Origin: Thermodesulfobacteriota bacterium
Lineage (GTDB): Bacteria > Desulfobacterota > Desulfobulbia > Desulfobulbales > SURF-16
Assembly (NCBI GenBank): GCA_034723545.1
Contig: JAYEPA010000001.1
Span: forward strand, 2,227 to 55,467
Length of the DNA: 53,241 nt
Reading direction: 5' to 3'
Shown here: one piece after another, positions 1 to 9,800 of the stretch
Position numbering within the stretch: the first letter of the stretch is position 1
Layout: every line of letters begins with the position of its first letter
Notes under the pieces: generated by a model
Seen by the model: the letters and a program-made list of their open reading frames with translations, nothing else
Database searches by the model: none
What the model was told of the DNA's origin: nothing
Made by a program: the position numbers and the translations under genes

Positions 1-2049
1 ACCGGCTATATTCTGGCCGGTCTGCTTCTGGGACCCAGTGGATTCAATCTTGTCTCCACGGCAACCATCGGTTCCAGGCTGGATCATTTTACCCAGATTG
101 CCCTGATGCTGATCGCCTTTGGTATCGGAGAGCATATTGAACTGTCCCGCCTGCGCACCACAGTCAAAAGCATAGGATTGATTGCAGTTTTACAAGCCCT
201 CGGCGCCTTTATCCTGGTTACCGGAGCTATTTTTTTTGTTGCTGAAGTGACCGGCTTTAACGGGGGAAGCTGGCACCTGAACGATTACTTTGCCCTGGCG
301 ATTCTTCTTGGCGCTGTCGGCGTGGCCACGGCACCGGCGGCGCTTCTTCATGTCATTCGTGAACTCAGGGCGGCGGGACCGTTAACTTCCACGTTAATGG
401 CCGTTGTCGCCATTGATGACGGCCTGTGCATCATGATTTTCGGCCTTTCCCTCTCCATCGCCGCCAATGTTGCTGGCGCGGCGGGCGGGTCACTTGCCGG
501 AGCCGTGCTCACGGGATTGAGCGAGATTTCCCTGTCACTTCTGGCGGGAATTTTAACCGGCCTTCTCCTGGATTTTGTCCTGCCCCGTCTGAAAAAGCAG
601 GAGGAAATGCTCACCGCCGGACTTGGCCTGTTGTTGCTCTGCGGAGAGATTTGTCGTCATTTTCATCTCTCGCCGCTTCTGGCCGGCATGGCGGCCGGCT
701 TTATCATTATCAACCGGGACACCCGGGATGTCCGGCTTTTCAGGGCGCTCAATGCCTTTGAGCCGCCGATTTATGTCCTTTTTTTCACCCTGGCCGGCAC
801 TCACCTTGAACTGTCGGCCGTGACCAGTGCGGGTTGGATCGGCCTGATCTATTTTTTGACCCGGATTCTCGGGAAAATAGGCGGCTCCTATCTTGGCGCA
901 AAGATGAGCGGCGCATCACGCCAGGTGCAATTGTATCTGGGGCCGGCCCTGATTCCCCAGGCCGGCGTCGCCATCGGTCTTATTTTTTTGATCAGTGGGG
1001 ATGCAAATCTCGCAGTCTATGCCGAAATTATCACCCCTGTCGTATTGACCACTGTTGTGCTCTCCGAATTGATCGGTCCCCTCTGTGTAAGATATGCTGT
1101 TGAAAAGGCGGGCGAGGTTCATGAATTTCGGCGGCTCGTTCCTGAATATGAAGGGAAAAATGAGAAAACCTGTGAGCTTTGGCATCAGGTTTCCCACGGC
1201 ATCAGGGTTGTTCCCTGGACCTGGAAAAAGCTGATCCCCCCTCCCGGCACCGAAGGTGTTGTCGCCTTTGGCTCTTCAAACCCATCCACGGTTCCTGGAC
1301 TTGCCCGTATCGCCACTTTGCTGGCTTATCATTTCAAGGCCGTGCCCATGTCGGTGCGTATTTTAACTCCGGGTCAGCCTGATCCGGTGCTTTCCCCGTT
1401 AATGGACCTTTTTCGTCCCGAGCGTGATGAGGTAAAAAATCTAGGCTATAATCTGGAAACAGAGTTGATTCACTATGAAAATGTAGCCGAGGCGCTGGTT
1501 TCAGCGGTGGAATATAATGAAGCAAAGGCGGTCATCCTGGGATTTCCTGTTGAGGGAACCTTTCAGGGATTTCAGGAGATTCTTGAAACCGTGGCGCGTC
1601 ATGTTGCCTGTCCGGTGCTTGTCCTCCGTATGTATGACTCTCCTCTGCATACCGAACGTATTCTCGTTTCGGTGGTTGACAGTAAGGATCTGCAGGTGCT
1701 GGGGCCTGTGATTCAGGCCCTTTCCCGTATCGGCCCACATAGGCTGACCATGCAGTATCTCCTCCATGCCGGTGCCAGTCTGGATGAGGTGGAAACCAAA
1801 AAAAATGAGCTGGTTGACTGGTCGAATCGGAATAACATCGCCTCGCCGCTCAGTGTCGATGTGGTCTCAACGGAAGCAAGGCAGGAAACAATTGTTGCCG
1901 AGTCAGCCAAACATGATCTTGTCGTCATGGGGGCCTCGCGTAAAAATGTTCTTAAAAAGCTTTTTTTCGGCTCTCTGGCCGAGACGGTGGCCCACGATTG
2001 CCGGAAATCCCTGCTCATTGTCTACCGGTCACAGCAAGATCTATCCTAG
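1..2049 (+). CDS. Cation:proton antiporter (CPA2/Kef-like) fused to C-terminal universal stress protein domains; 5' end lies outside the window
   Basis: Frame is open from base 1 (TGYILAGLLLGPSG...). Many TM helices with ATAPAA, VAIDD and IPQAGVAIGL motifs; C-terminal USP signature DLVVMGA...FFGSLAETV. Confidence 0.85.
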   Translation, partial: TGYILAGLLLGPSGFNLVSTATIGSRLDHFTQIALMLIAFGIGEHIELSRLRTTVKSIGLIAVLQALGAFILVTGAIFFVAEVTGFNGGSWHLNDYFALAILLGAVGVATAPAALLHVIRELRAAGPLTSTLMAVVAIDDGLCIMIFGLSLSIAANVAGAAGGSLAGAVLTGLSEISLSLLAGILTGLLLDFVLPRLKKQEEMLTAGLGLLLLCGEICRHFHLSPLLAGMAAGFIIINRDTRDVRLFRALNAFEPPIYVLFFTLAGTHLELSAVTSAGWIGLIYFLTRILGKIGGSYLGAKMSGASRQVQLYLGPALIPQAGVAIGLIFLISGDANLAVYAEIITPVVLTTVVLSELIGPLCVRYAVEKAGEVHEFRRLVPEYEGKNEKTCELWHQVSHGIRVVPWTWKKLIPPPGTEGVVAFGSSNPSTVPGLARIATLLAYHFKAVPMSVRILTPGQPDPVLSPLMDLFRPERDEVKNLGYNLETELIHYENVAEALVSAVEYNEAKAVILGFPVEGTFQGFQEILETVARHVACPVLVLRMYDSPLHTERILVSVVDSKDLQVLGPVIQALSRIGPHRLTMQYLLHAGASLDEVETKKNELVDWSNRNNIASPLSVDVVSTEARQETIVAESAKHDLVVMGASRKNVLKKLFFGSLAETVAHDCRKSLLIVYRSQQDLS

Positions 2050-2070
2050 AGGTTTTCATGTTGTTTTCCG

Positions 2071-2100
2071 TTGACAGTCCCTGAGTCCCGCTGGTATGTT
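2071..2100 (+). promoter_or_regulatory. Putative sigma70 promoter for thiC
   Basis: TTGACA at 2071-2076, 18-nt spacer, then TATGTT preceded by TGG. Confidence 0.45.
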
Positions 2101-2170
2101 AAAATGTTTTAACCCTGCAAGATAATCAATGCCGTGTTCCCGGCCTGGCCGGGACCGCTGGAGATAAAAG

Positions 2171-3475
2171 ATGAGTATTCGAGAAGATGCCATTAACGGC
2201 AACAAAACACCGCTTTTTGAAAGCTGTGCTGAAAACGAGGGAGTCACCTGCGCCCAACTCATGGAAGGGGTGGCCACGGGAGTGATTGCCATTCCCAAAA
2301 ATAGACATCATGATGTTGAAAAAATAATGGCTGTTGGTAAAGGATTGTCCACCAAGGTAAACGCCAATATCGGCGCCTCGAGAGATCTGCCCGGCCTCCA
2401 GCAGGAGCTGGAAAAACTTTGTGTGTCCCTGCGGGCCGGGGCTGATACAGTGATGGATCTCAGTATGGGTAAGGATCTCAATGAGATCAGGCGCGGTATT
2501 CTTGAAAAATGCCCGGTTCCTCTGGGAACGGTGCCGGTCTACCAGACCGTGGCCGAGGTGGTCGAGGAACGGGGACAGGATATCGGCGATATAACCGTGG
2601 ATCAGCTGTTAAAAAATATTGAACAGCAGGCCTTGGACGGAGTGGACTTCATGACCCTCCACTGTGGCCTGACCAGCGATTCTTTGGCCAGGGTCAAGAA
2701 TCATAAGCGTCTCATGGGAGTGGTGAGCCGGGGTGGATCGTTTACTATCGAGTGGATGACCGCTAATAACAGGGAAAATCCGTTTTATGAGTATTATGAT
2801 GATTTGCTGGCCATTCTCAAGGAACATGAGGTGACCATCAGTCTGGGTGACGGGCTTCGTCCCGGCTGCCTGGCCGATGCCACTGACCGCGGCCAGATCC
2901 AGGAATTGATTCATCTCGGTGAGCTGACCCAGCGGGCCTGGGATGCCGGAGTGCAGGTGATAGTAGAAGGGCCGGGGCATATGCCCATGGATCAGATCCA
3001 GGCGAATATTCTGCTCCAGAAACGGCTCTGCCACGGCGCTCCCTTTTACGTGCTTGGGCCGCTTGTCACCGATATCGCGCCGGGCTATGATCATATCACC
3101 GGTGCCATCGGCGGCGCCATTGCCGCTGCCGCCGGGGCCGACTATCTCTGTTATGTGACACCGGCTGAACACCTGAAGCTTCCTAATCCCCATGATGTCA
3201 GGGACGGGGTGATCGCTTCCCGGATTGCCGCCCATGCGGCCGATATTGTCAAAGGATTCCCCGGTGCGATCGATAAGGATAATGCAATGGCCAAGTGCCG
3301 GAATCGCCTTGACTGGAAGGGCCAGATCGATCTCTCTCTTGATCCGGATAAGGCAAAGCAGTTTCGGGAAGAAGGAAATTCATACACAGGGGATGCCTGC
3401 AGCATGTGCGGTTCTTACTGTGCCATCAAGGTCTATAAAAAGGCGACTGGATCGCAACGCGGTGACAGCGAGTAG
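2171..3475 (+). CDS. thiC: Phosphomethylpyrimidine synthase (radical SAM)
   Basis: KVNANIG, VSRGGS, SLGDGLRPG, EGPGH, APFYVLGPL, GYDHIT, YVTPAEHL and CSMCG..C motifs. Confidence 0.92.
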   Translation: MSIREDAINGNKTPLFESCAENEGVTCAQLMEGVATGVIAIPKNRHHDVEKIMAVGKGLSTKVNANIGASRDLPGLQQELEKLCVSLRAGADTVMDLSMGKDLNEIRRGILEKCPVPLGTVPVYQTVAEVVEERGQDIGDITVDQLLKNIEQQALDGVDFMTLHCGLTSDSLARVKNHKRLMGVVSRGGSFTIEWMTANNRENPFYEYYDDLLAILKEHEVTISLGDGLRPGCLADATDRGQIQELIHLGELTQRAWDAGVQVIVEGPGHMPMDQIQANILLQKRLCHGAPFYVLGPLVTDIAPGYDHITGAIGGAIAAAAGADYLCYVTPAEHLKLPNPHDVRDGVIASRIAAHAADIVKGFPGAIDKDNAMAKCRNRLDWKGQIDLSLDPDKAKQFREEGNSYTGDACSMCGSYCAIKVYKKATGSQRGDSE

Positions 3476-3532
3476 GCTAATGAAACAGGTCTGTTTTTCC
3501 GTGTCGATTGAAAATGAAATGATAGGAGGTGA

Positions 3533-3865
3533 ATGATGGAGATCATGGCATCAATCATGGATTTTGTACAGAATACCCAAGTTGTAGATCAGATCAGGGA
3601 AGTGGACGCCAAAGGCTTATTTACCAATGCCTATTTCCTGGTTCCCTTTATCATGCTGGTTGCTTACTGGCTTTATAAACAGGCCGTTAACAGTCTGGTC
3701 CTGCTGGCTCTTTCCATTGGATTGTGGATTTTTTCCGGTAGTTCGTATGCCCAGAATATGATTGTTAACGGTGAGATGCAGCTGGATAAGGTGCTGCCGG
3801 TGGCCGGGGTCGGCGTTGGTGTTATCGCTGTGCTTGTCTATATCGTCTTTATCCGTTCTGATTGA
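3533..3865 (+). CDS. Small membrane protein (3 predicted TM segments), function unknown
   Basis: Strong SD GGAGGT upstream; three hydrophobic stretches. Confidence 0.75.
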   Translation: MMEIMASIMDFVQNTQVVDQIREVDAKGLFTNAYFLVPFIMLVAYWLYKQAVNSLVLLALSIGLWIFSGSSYAQNMIVNGEMQLDKVLPVAGVGVGVIAVLVYIVFIRSD

Positions 3866-4554
3866 GAAGAGTGAGTCCTCTCCGGGAAATTTATACAGCT
3901 CTCCACGATCATTTCGGCCCCCAGAACTGGTGGCCCGCCGATTCCGTTCTCGAGGTCATGGTCGGCGCGGTATTGACCCAGAACACGAACTGGCGGAATG
4001 TCAGCCGGGCCATTGACAACCTGAAACAGGATCATCTCCTTTCCCTGAATACGCTCCACCACATCCCGGTGGAACTCCTCGCTGAAAAAATCAGACCGTC
4101 CGGATATTATAATCTGAAGGCCGCACGGCTGAAAAATCTTGTTCGTCTGCTGTATGAAGAGGGGCAAAACAGCGGGGAAAGCGATTCTGAAATGCTGAAC
4201 GGTTTTTTTGCCGATGACACGGCCATCCTGCGCGAAAAGCTTTTATCCGTGAAGGGGGTTGGCCCGGAAACCGCTGATTCCATCCTTCTTTATGGCGGCG
4301 GAAAACCTGTTTTTGTCATAGACGCCTATACCTATCGCGTCCTTGTCCGCCATGGCCTGATTGGTGAAGAGGCGGATTATGGGGAGATGCAGGAGTTTTT
4401 TATGGACAGCCTGGACGAGGATGTGCGTCTATACAATGAATACCACGCCCTGCTGGTTTGTCTGGGAAAGGATTTTTGCAAAAAAAGGAACCCTCTTTGC
4501 GACCTATGTCCGCTAAGGGAGTTTGAACCGATTTATGTTGAAGATCCTGTTTGA
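3862..4554 (+). CDS. HhH-GPD / endonuclease III-related DNA glycosylase (start may be GTG 3871)
   Basis: PQNWWP, GAVLTQNTNW, HhH GVGPETADSILLY, IDAYT and C-terminal Cys cluster. Confidence 0.88.
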   Translation: MRRVSPLREIYTALHDHFGPQNWWPADSVLEVMVGAVLTQNTNWRNVSRAIDNLKQDHLLSLNTLHHIPVELLAEKIRPSGYYNLKAARLKNLVRLLYEEGQNSGESDSEMLNGFFADDTAILREKLLSVKGVGPETADSILLYGGGKPVFVIDAYTYRVLVRHGLIGEEADYGEMQEFFMDSLDEDVRLYNEYHALLVCLGKDFCKKRNPLCDLCPLREFEPIYVEDPV

Positions 4555-4576
4555 GTTAACAGGTTTTTAAATGGCT

Positions 4577-4990
4577 TTACCTTCGCTTCAGCAACCCGAT
4601 AAGTGCCGCTAAAACCGCGCCAATTGCACCGATGAGCGCGATGATGATCCCTTGAGGGAGCCCGTTTTTTTCCACGTGGCCGCTTTTTTCATCAGGTTGC
4701 CGGCATTGGGAAAATTCTTCTTCCAATGGCCCGAGTTGCTGGTTCAACTCGTTCTGCTCCCGTTCAATATCTCTGATCCGCATCTCGATCTCATGTTCGT
4801 GCTCAGCGCTTGGAGTCTCGCGCCGCTCCTCATGGAGCATTCCCTTTTCGCCTTCGAGTTTTTCGAAATGGATGCGGTTTTCGTGAATTCGATGCTCCAA
4901 GTCTTCGCAGGCAGCCACGGCAAGCGTTGGGAGTGACGCTGCCAGCCCGGCAATAATGTAAAGAAGTAAAAGAACGCGTCCGAGTTTCAT
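4577..4990 (-). CDS. Hypothetical exported coiled-coil protein with C-terminal membrane anchor
   Basis: Signal-peptide-like N terminus, charged coiled-coil core, terminal TM helix followed by KRR. Confidence 0.6.
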   Translation of the reverse strand: MKLGRVLLLLYIIAGLAASLPTLAVAACEDLEHRIHENRIHFEKLEGEKGMLHEERRETPSAEHEHEIEMRIRDIEREQNELNQQLGPLEEEFSQCRQPDEKSGHVEKNGLPQGIIIALIGAIGAVLAALIGLLKRR

Positions 4991-5122
4991 TGATCCATCC
5001 TGGTAGCTGTTAAAGGTGTTGCTGTTTCTTCAGTTTGCGTTTGTCGATAGTAAAGCGAATCCTTTTGATTTACCTGCTTTTTGATCAAAGGTTACTGTTT
5101 CATCACAGTGAAGAAAAATTTG

Positions 5123-5518
5123 TTATTCACTCATACCTTCTAAATATTTATCCATATTCCCACCTAGCACAGGAGCGGGGCCACCTGTTATTGGAGTGTT
5201 TCCACCATGGATGAATATATAACTTGGCAACACAGACATCTTCAACTCTTCAATTGCTGCTTTAGATGGCCTTACAGGTGTGTATTTTAAGAAAGACCTG
5301 AGCGCCCATTCTCTAATGGCTCTAGTTTTATCATTTGGCTCTGCCCTCAATACATCTACAGCCATTTCCAAGTTTTTTACATTTAATTCTTTTTGTTGCA
5401 ATGTTTGATTAATGAACCATCCAGTAACAGCCAGCACAACCGGAATAAATATGTATCCAATTATCTGTGCAATTATTTGCGCTTTATCCCAACAATCTTT
5501 AGTGAAGTTATTGTTCAT
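5123..5518 (-). CDS. Hypothetical single-TM protein, AT-rich
   Basis: SD AGGAG upstream; one TM helix; visibly lower GC than neighbours. Confidence 0.6.
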   Translation of the reverse strand: MNNNFTKDCWDKAQIIAQIIGYIFIPVVLAVTGWFINQTLQQKELNVKNLEMAVDVLRAEPNDKTRAIREWALRSFLKYTPVRPSKAAIEELKMSVLPSYIFIHGGNTPITGGPAPVLGGNMDKYLEGMSE

Positions 5519-5595
5519 TTATTCTCCTACTCTACTGTTCCACGAAAAAGCATGAAAAAGGGGGCGGGTTTATTTTCAAGCAGAAATCCTAATGC

Positions 5596-6693
5596 TTAAA
5601 TATCCAGAAAAGTCCTATCCCGGTTGAGATCCCGGCAGCCGTCAGCCGTGACAACAACCATATTTTCCAGCCGGATTCCACCCCAGCCTGGAAGATAAAT
5701 CCCCGGTTCCACCGTGACAATCATACCGGAGCGCAGTTTTTTTCTGTTGCGGCGGTTCAGTGAAGGAGCTTCGTGAACAGCAAGCCCAACGCCATGGCCA
5801 AGACCATGGCCGAATTGTTTGCCATAACCGGCTTTGTCGATCACATCCCGTGCGGCCCGGTCGGCCTCTTTCCCGGTGACACCGGCGCGAATGGCTGCCA
5901 TGCCGGCTAGCTGAGCCTTTCTGACCAGCCGGAAGCGATGCACTGTCTTCGTATCCGGTCGGCCCAGGACAACGGTGCGGGTCATGTCGGAACAGTAGCC
6001 GTCCAGCACCAGCCCCATGTCAATGACAATGGGCTCTCCCTCCTTTAAAGGCCGGTTTGATGGCACGGCATGGGGAAGGGCACCGTTGGGTCCGCCCGCG
6101 ACAATGGTGTCAAAGGAGGGGCGTTCCGCTCCTTTGAGTTTCATGGCGGTTTCAATGCGCAGAGCTACCTCCTGCTCGGTCATTCCCGGCCGCAATTCTT
6201 TGTAAATATCCTGGAAGACCTCTTCGTTCAAGCGGACGGAGCGGCGGATTTTTTCAATTTCCTCATCTGTTTTCCGAACGCGGAAATTTTCAACAAGCCC
6301 GGACAGCCCAACCATGTCAATGTCGAGTCGGGCCGCCATTTTTTCAAAGGCTAGCGCGGTGGAATGGAGAGTGTAGTGGCTTTCAAAGCCAAGTCTTTTC
6401 ACGCCGAGTTGGGGCAGCATTTTTTTGAGCAAAGCAATGAGCCCCCTGGGATAAAGAACCACCTCGAAATCGGGGGCCTCTTTTTCGGCATGGAGCTGAA
6501 AGCGGGAGTCGGTGAGCAGAAAAGGGTTGCCGCGGGCCGGGATGAGAAGAACGCCTGAACTTTCCGCGATGCCGTGATCAACAGCGCTGTAACCGCTAAG
6601 ATAGCGGCGGTTTTCCGGTTGACTGATGAGCAGGACGTCGAGTTTTCGCCTTTTCAGGCTGGCTCGAATTTTGGAGAGGGGAGGTTGCGTCAT
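5596..6693 (-). CDS. Xaa-Pro aminopeptidase (M24B)
   Basis: Creatinase-N domain, ALPH, IDMG, YCSDMTRT, HGLGHGVG, TVEPGIY, GIRLEN. Confidence 0.92.
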   Translation of the reverse strand: MTQPPLSKIRASLKRRKLDVLLISQPENRRYLSGYSAVDHGIAESSGVLLIPARGNPFLLTDSRFQLHAEKEAPDFEVVLYPRGLIALLKKMLPQLGVKRLGFESHYTLHSTALAFEKMAARLDIDMVGLSGLVENFRVRKTDEEIEKIRRSVRLNEEVFQDIYKELRPGMTEQEVALRIETAMKLKGAERPSFDTIVAGGPNGALPHAVPSNRPLKEGEPIVIDMGLVLDGYCSDMTRTVVLGRPDTKTVHRFRLVRKAQLAGMAAIRAGVTGKEADRAARDVIDKAGYGKQFGHGLGHGVGLAVHEAPSLNRRNRKKLRSGMIVTVEPGIYLPGWGGIRLENMVVVTADGCRDLNRDRTFLDI

Positions 6694-6723
6694 GGTGATT
6701 TTCCATATTGGCGTTTCAGCACT

Positions 6724-6999
6724 TCAGCGTTCATCATTACCTTGTTCGATATTCTGCGGTTCAATTTGCACTTCAAAAGAGACGCCAAGAGAATACAGTT
6801 TCTGGTGCAAATCATGAATTGCCATGAGAACATCGCCTTCTTTCAGAGGGACTGTCCAGGAAAATGATTTTGTCCTGCTGAAATGAGGCTTAGGAAAATG
6901 AAAGGAGCCAGTGCCGTATTCATCAAACCAGGCCCGGACTGCCGCCTCAAAATTTCGGGCTGGATCTGAATCCTGCCAAAAAGAAATCTCAAGGTTCAT
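6724..6999 (-). CDS. Hypothetical protein
   Basis: 91-aa ORF tightly packed in a minus-strand gene run. Confidence 0.65.
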   Translation of the reverse strand: MNLEISFWQDSDPARNFEAAVRAWFDEYGTGSFHFPKPHFSRTKSFSWTVPLKEGDVLMAIHDLHQKLYSLGVSFEVQIEPQNIEQGNDER

Positions 7000-7004
7000 T
7001 GTGC

Positions 7005-7595
7005 TCAGGCAGCCGTCAGTATCTGTTTAATCATATTTTTATGCTGGTCCAGAGCCTGGCCATACTGATCGTTTAATTCGGTGGAAAGCCGTTGCCATTC
7101 CTCGGCGAATTTTGGATGCTGGGACGGTTCGAGCTTGAGCTGTGTACCGGTTTGCTGGGTCAGGTTCTGCTCCAGTTGGCCAATCTGCTGGGCAAAGGAC
7201 TCCTCAAGCTGTTGCCTCAGCTGTTTCTTATGATCCAGGTAACGGTCAAGAAAGGTTTTCATTTCACTTAAAATTCCGATCAGTTCGGGATCGGCCCGTC
7301 CCATTTCAATCAATCCCTGCATGGCTTTTTCACTATCAGCCTGATTTTCCTTTTCTCTGGGCAGGACGATATTGCGCAGCAGGGCCTGAATCACCCCCTT
7401 GAGCATGGCCGTTTTTTCGGCCTCGTCATGTTGATCCAGGGCCTTGGACAGGTTGATATCGTCTCCGCGCAGATACCCGGCTCCAAGCCGCATTCCCTCC
7501 CGGATTCCTTCATCCTCAGTTCCGGCCAGGGCCGTTTGGCTCATTTTTGCCGCTCTTTCCAGTACCATTTCAAGGGTGCTTCGTATTTCCGCCAC
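7005..7595 (-). CDS. Hypothetical helical protein
   Basis: 196-aa ORF, SD AAGGAG before GTG start, operon context. Confidence 0.75.
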   Translation of the reverse strand: MAEIRSTLEMVLERAAKMSQTALAGTEDEGIREGMRLGAGYLRGDDINLSKALDQHDEAEKTAMLKGVIQALLRNIVLPREKENQADSEKAMQGLIEMGRADPELIGILSEMKTFLDRYLDHKKQLRQQLEESFAQQIGQLEQNLTQQTGTQLKLEPSQHPKFAEEWQRLSTELNDQYGQALDQHKNMIKQILTAA

Positions 7596-7628
7596 AACTT
7601 ACTCCTTATTTTGTACAATGACAGCCTT

Positions 7629-7656
7629 CTGACTCCTGACTCCTGTCTTCTGTTTT
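7629..7656 (+). repeat. Degenerate heptamer tandem repeat (CTGACTC-type, 4 units)
   Basis: ctgactc ctgactc ctgtctt ctgtttt. Confidence 0.55.
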
Positions 7657-7666
7657 CTAAACAAAA

Positions 7667-9754
7667 TTACCTCGGAAATGCCGCCATAATGCCGCCGTCA
7701 ATGGGCAGGGTGGCCCCGGTGGTGGGAGTCTGGCCCGAGGCAAAAAAGACAACGCCATTGCCCACATGGTCGGCCAGGATTTCGGTTTTGAGCAGATTGC
7801 GTTGTCGGTAATACTCTTTCAGTCCGGCTGGATCAAGATTGCGGGAACGCATCCGATCCGGCCCGACAACTTCCCAGAGACCCGAGGGGACCGTATCATC
7901 AAAGATGGCATCGGCGTTAATCATGTTGACTCGGACATCCATGGCCGCAAGCTCCAGGGCGGCGATTTTTCCCAGCTGATGCGCCCCGGCCTTGGAGGCG
8001 CTGTAAGCGCCGAACTCGGCGCCGGGCGCAAAGACGTTTTTCGAACTGTTGATAATGATATGGCCGCCTGTTCTCTGGCGTTTGAATATCGGGATGGCCG
8101 CCTTGATTACCTGGTAGACCCCCATCATATTGACATCAATGACTTTTCTGAATGCTTTTTCGTCAAGGTCGGCAAGAGAGGCCACATGGGCAATGCCGGC
8201 ATTGGGGACCAGAATATCCAGTCCGCCGGAAAAAGAGATGATATCTGAAAACCCCCGGCTGACCGATTCCCTATCCGTGACATCCATGAGCAGCGGCCTG
8301 ACCATGAGATCGCCATACAGGTCAGCCAGCTTCCTGTGGACTTTTAAAAGATGCTCTTCGTTGATATCGCATAAAACTACGCGGGCGCCGGCCGCAAGGA
8401 GTTGCCGGCCGATGCCGCCGGCAATGGCACCCCCGCCCCCGGTGACCAGAGCTGTTTTTCCCTGGAGGGGAAGTCCGGTTTTGTTGCCCAGCTTGGCCTG
8501 CTCAAGGCTCCAGTACTCCATATCGAAAATAAAGGATTCGTTGAGTTCCCGGTAACATCCCACTGCCGCAGCCCGGATTTTGGCAAGCAGGGTATGCTCG
8601 GCGATATCCGCCGCAATGACCGCTTCTTTTGCAGTTTTTCCGCCGGTGACGATGCCGAGTCCCCTGACCAGCATCACTCTGGGCATGGAATCCAGTATGG
8701 TGCGGCTGAGCTGTTTGCTTTCGGTCTGGTGGTTGAAATAATTGCGGTATTTCTCTTGATAATCCGCAATGCTTTTTTGAATTTTATTTTGGGCCTGTTC
8801 TTCGTTGCAATCGGAAAAATCAAAAAAAAGCGGGTAGTTTTTGGTGCGGATCACATGATCCGGTGTCAGCACGCCGGAGACAAAGAGTTCTTCCGCGTCA
8901 GTCCGGTCCAAGGCCGCAAGAATTTCATCACTCTGGCAGAGATGAAGAGTGAAAAGTTGTTTTTGCCCATCCGGCAGATCATAATTCAAGCCGCCGCGCA
9001 AAAGAGGAAGGATCAGGTCCGGATCGGCCGGGGTAACCGTCTCGACCTGGGGAGCCTGCGCCCGGTTCATGGCTGCTTTAATAAAATCTTCCGCCAGGCT
9101 GACATAATGAATCATCCGTTCGTAGGAGGTTTCGGCATCATTTCCAAAGGTGAATATGCCGTGATTCATTAAAATAAGACATTCCATATCAGGCATGGAT
9201 TCATAGAGATCCGCCACAGCTTTGGCCAGGGGAAAGCCGGGCATGATAAAGGGCAGAATACCGATTTTTTCTCCCAGGGCCTCACGCAGAAGTTCTTCGG
9301 CCTTCTCCTGGTTGGTCAGGGTGACGATGGCATCTGCATGGCTGTGGTCGATAAAGGTGTGGGGCAGAAAGGCATGCACCAGGGTCTCAATGGAGGGGGT
9401 GGGAGAAGATGAGTCCAGCAGATGGGTTCTGAACTGGTTGACCATCTCTTCATCACTGAGGCTGTCAATTGATCTCAGCTTTTTAAGGTAAGCGAGATCA
9501 AGCCCTGGATGGCCTTCAGGCTCGATATTGCCAAGATCCCAACCACTGCCTTTAACATAGATGACCTCTATTTCCTCGCCAAGAAGATTTGTCGCCCTGC
9601 CCTTCACCGAGGTGTTGCCGCCGCCGTGGAGAACAAGAGAGTCTTCCCGGCCGATGAGGCGGGAGGTGTATACCCTTAAGGCCAGTTCCTCCGGCTGGTT
9701 TGCGTATGAATTAATATATAATTGCGCCTCGTTTTCGTCATATTTGTTTTTCAT
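7667..9754 (-). CDS. Bifunctional class II aldolase / short-chain dehydrogenase (RhaD-like fusion)
   Basis: HGGGNTSVK, VKGSG, PSIET, HSH, NHG, TPDH aldolase motifs; SDR motifs TGGGGAIA, NAG and YSASK. Confidence 0.9.
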   Translation of the reverse strand: MKNKYDENEAQLYINSYANQPEELALRVYTSRLIGREDSLVLHGGGNTSVKGRATNLLGEEIEVIYVKGSGWDLGNIEPEGHPGLDLAYLKKLRSIDSLSDEEMVNQFRTHLLDSSSPTPSIETLVHAFLPHTFIDHSHADAIVTLTNQEKAEELLREALGEKIGILPFIMPGFPLAKAVADLYESMPDMECLILMNHGIFTFGNDAETSYERMIHYVSLAEDFIKAAMNRAQAPQVETVTPADPDLILPLLRGGLNYDLPDGQKQLFTLHLCQSDEILAALDRTDAEELFVSGVLTPDHVIRTKNYPLFFDFSDCNEEQAQNKIQKSIADYQEKYRNYFNHQTESKQLSRTILDSMPRVMLVRGLGIVTGGKTAKEAVIAADIAEHTLLAKIRAAAVGCYRELNESFIFDMEYWSLEQAKLGNKTGLPLQGKTALVTGGGGAIAGGIGRQLLAAGARVVLCDINEEHLLKVHRKLADLYGDLMVRPLLMDVTDRESVSRGFSDIISFSGGLDILVPNAGIAHVASLADLDEKAFRKVIDVNMMGVYQVIKAAIPIFKRQRTGGHIIINSSKNVFAPGAEFGAYSASKAGAHQLGKIAALELAAMDVRVNMINADAIFDDTVPSGLWEVVGPDRMRSRNLDPAGLKEYYRQRNLLKTEILADHVGNGVVFFASGQTPTTGATLPIDGGIMAAFPR

Positions 9755-9800
9755 AGGATCTTCTCATACAAAGTTTTTTCGTTGGAATGGGAAATGGCCT

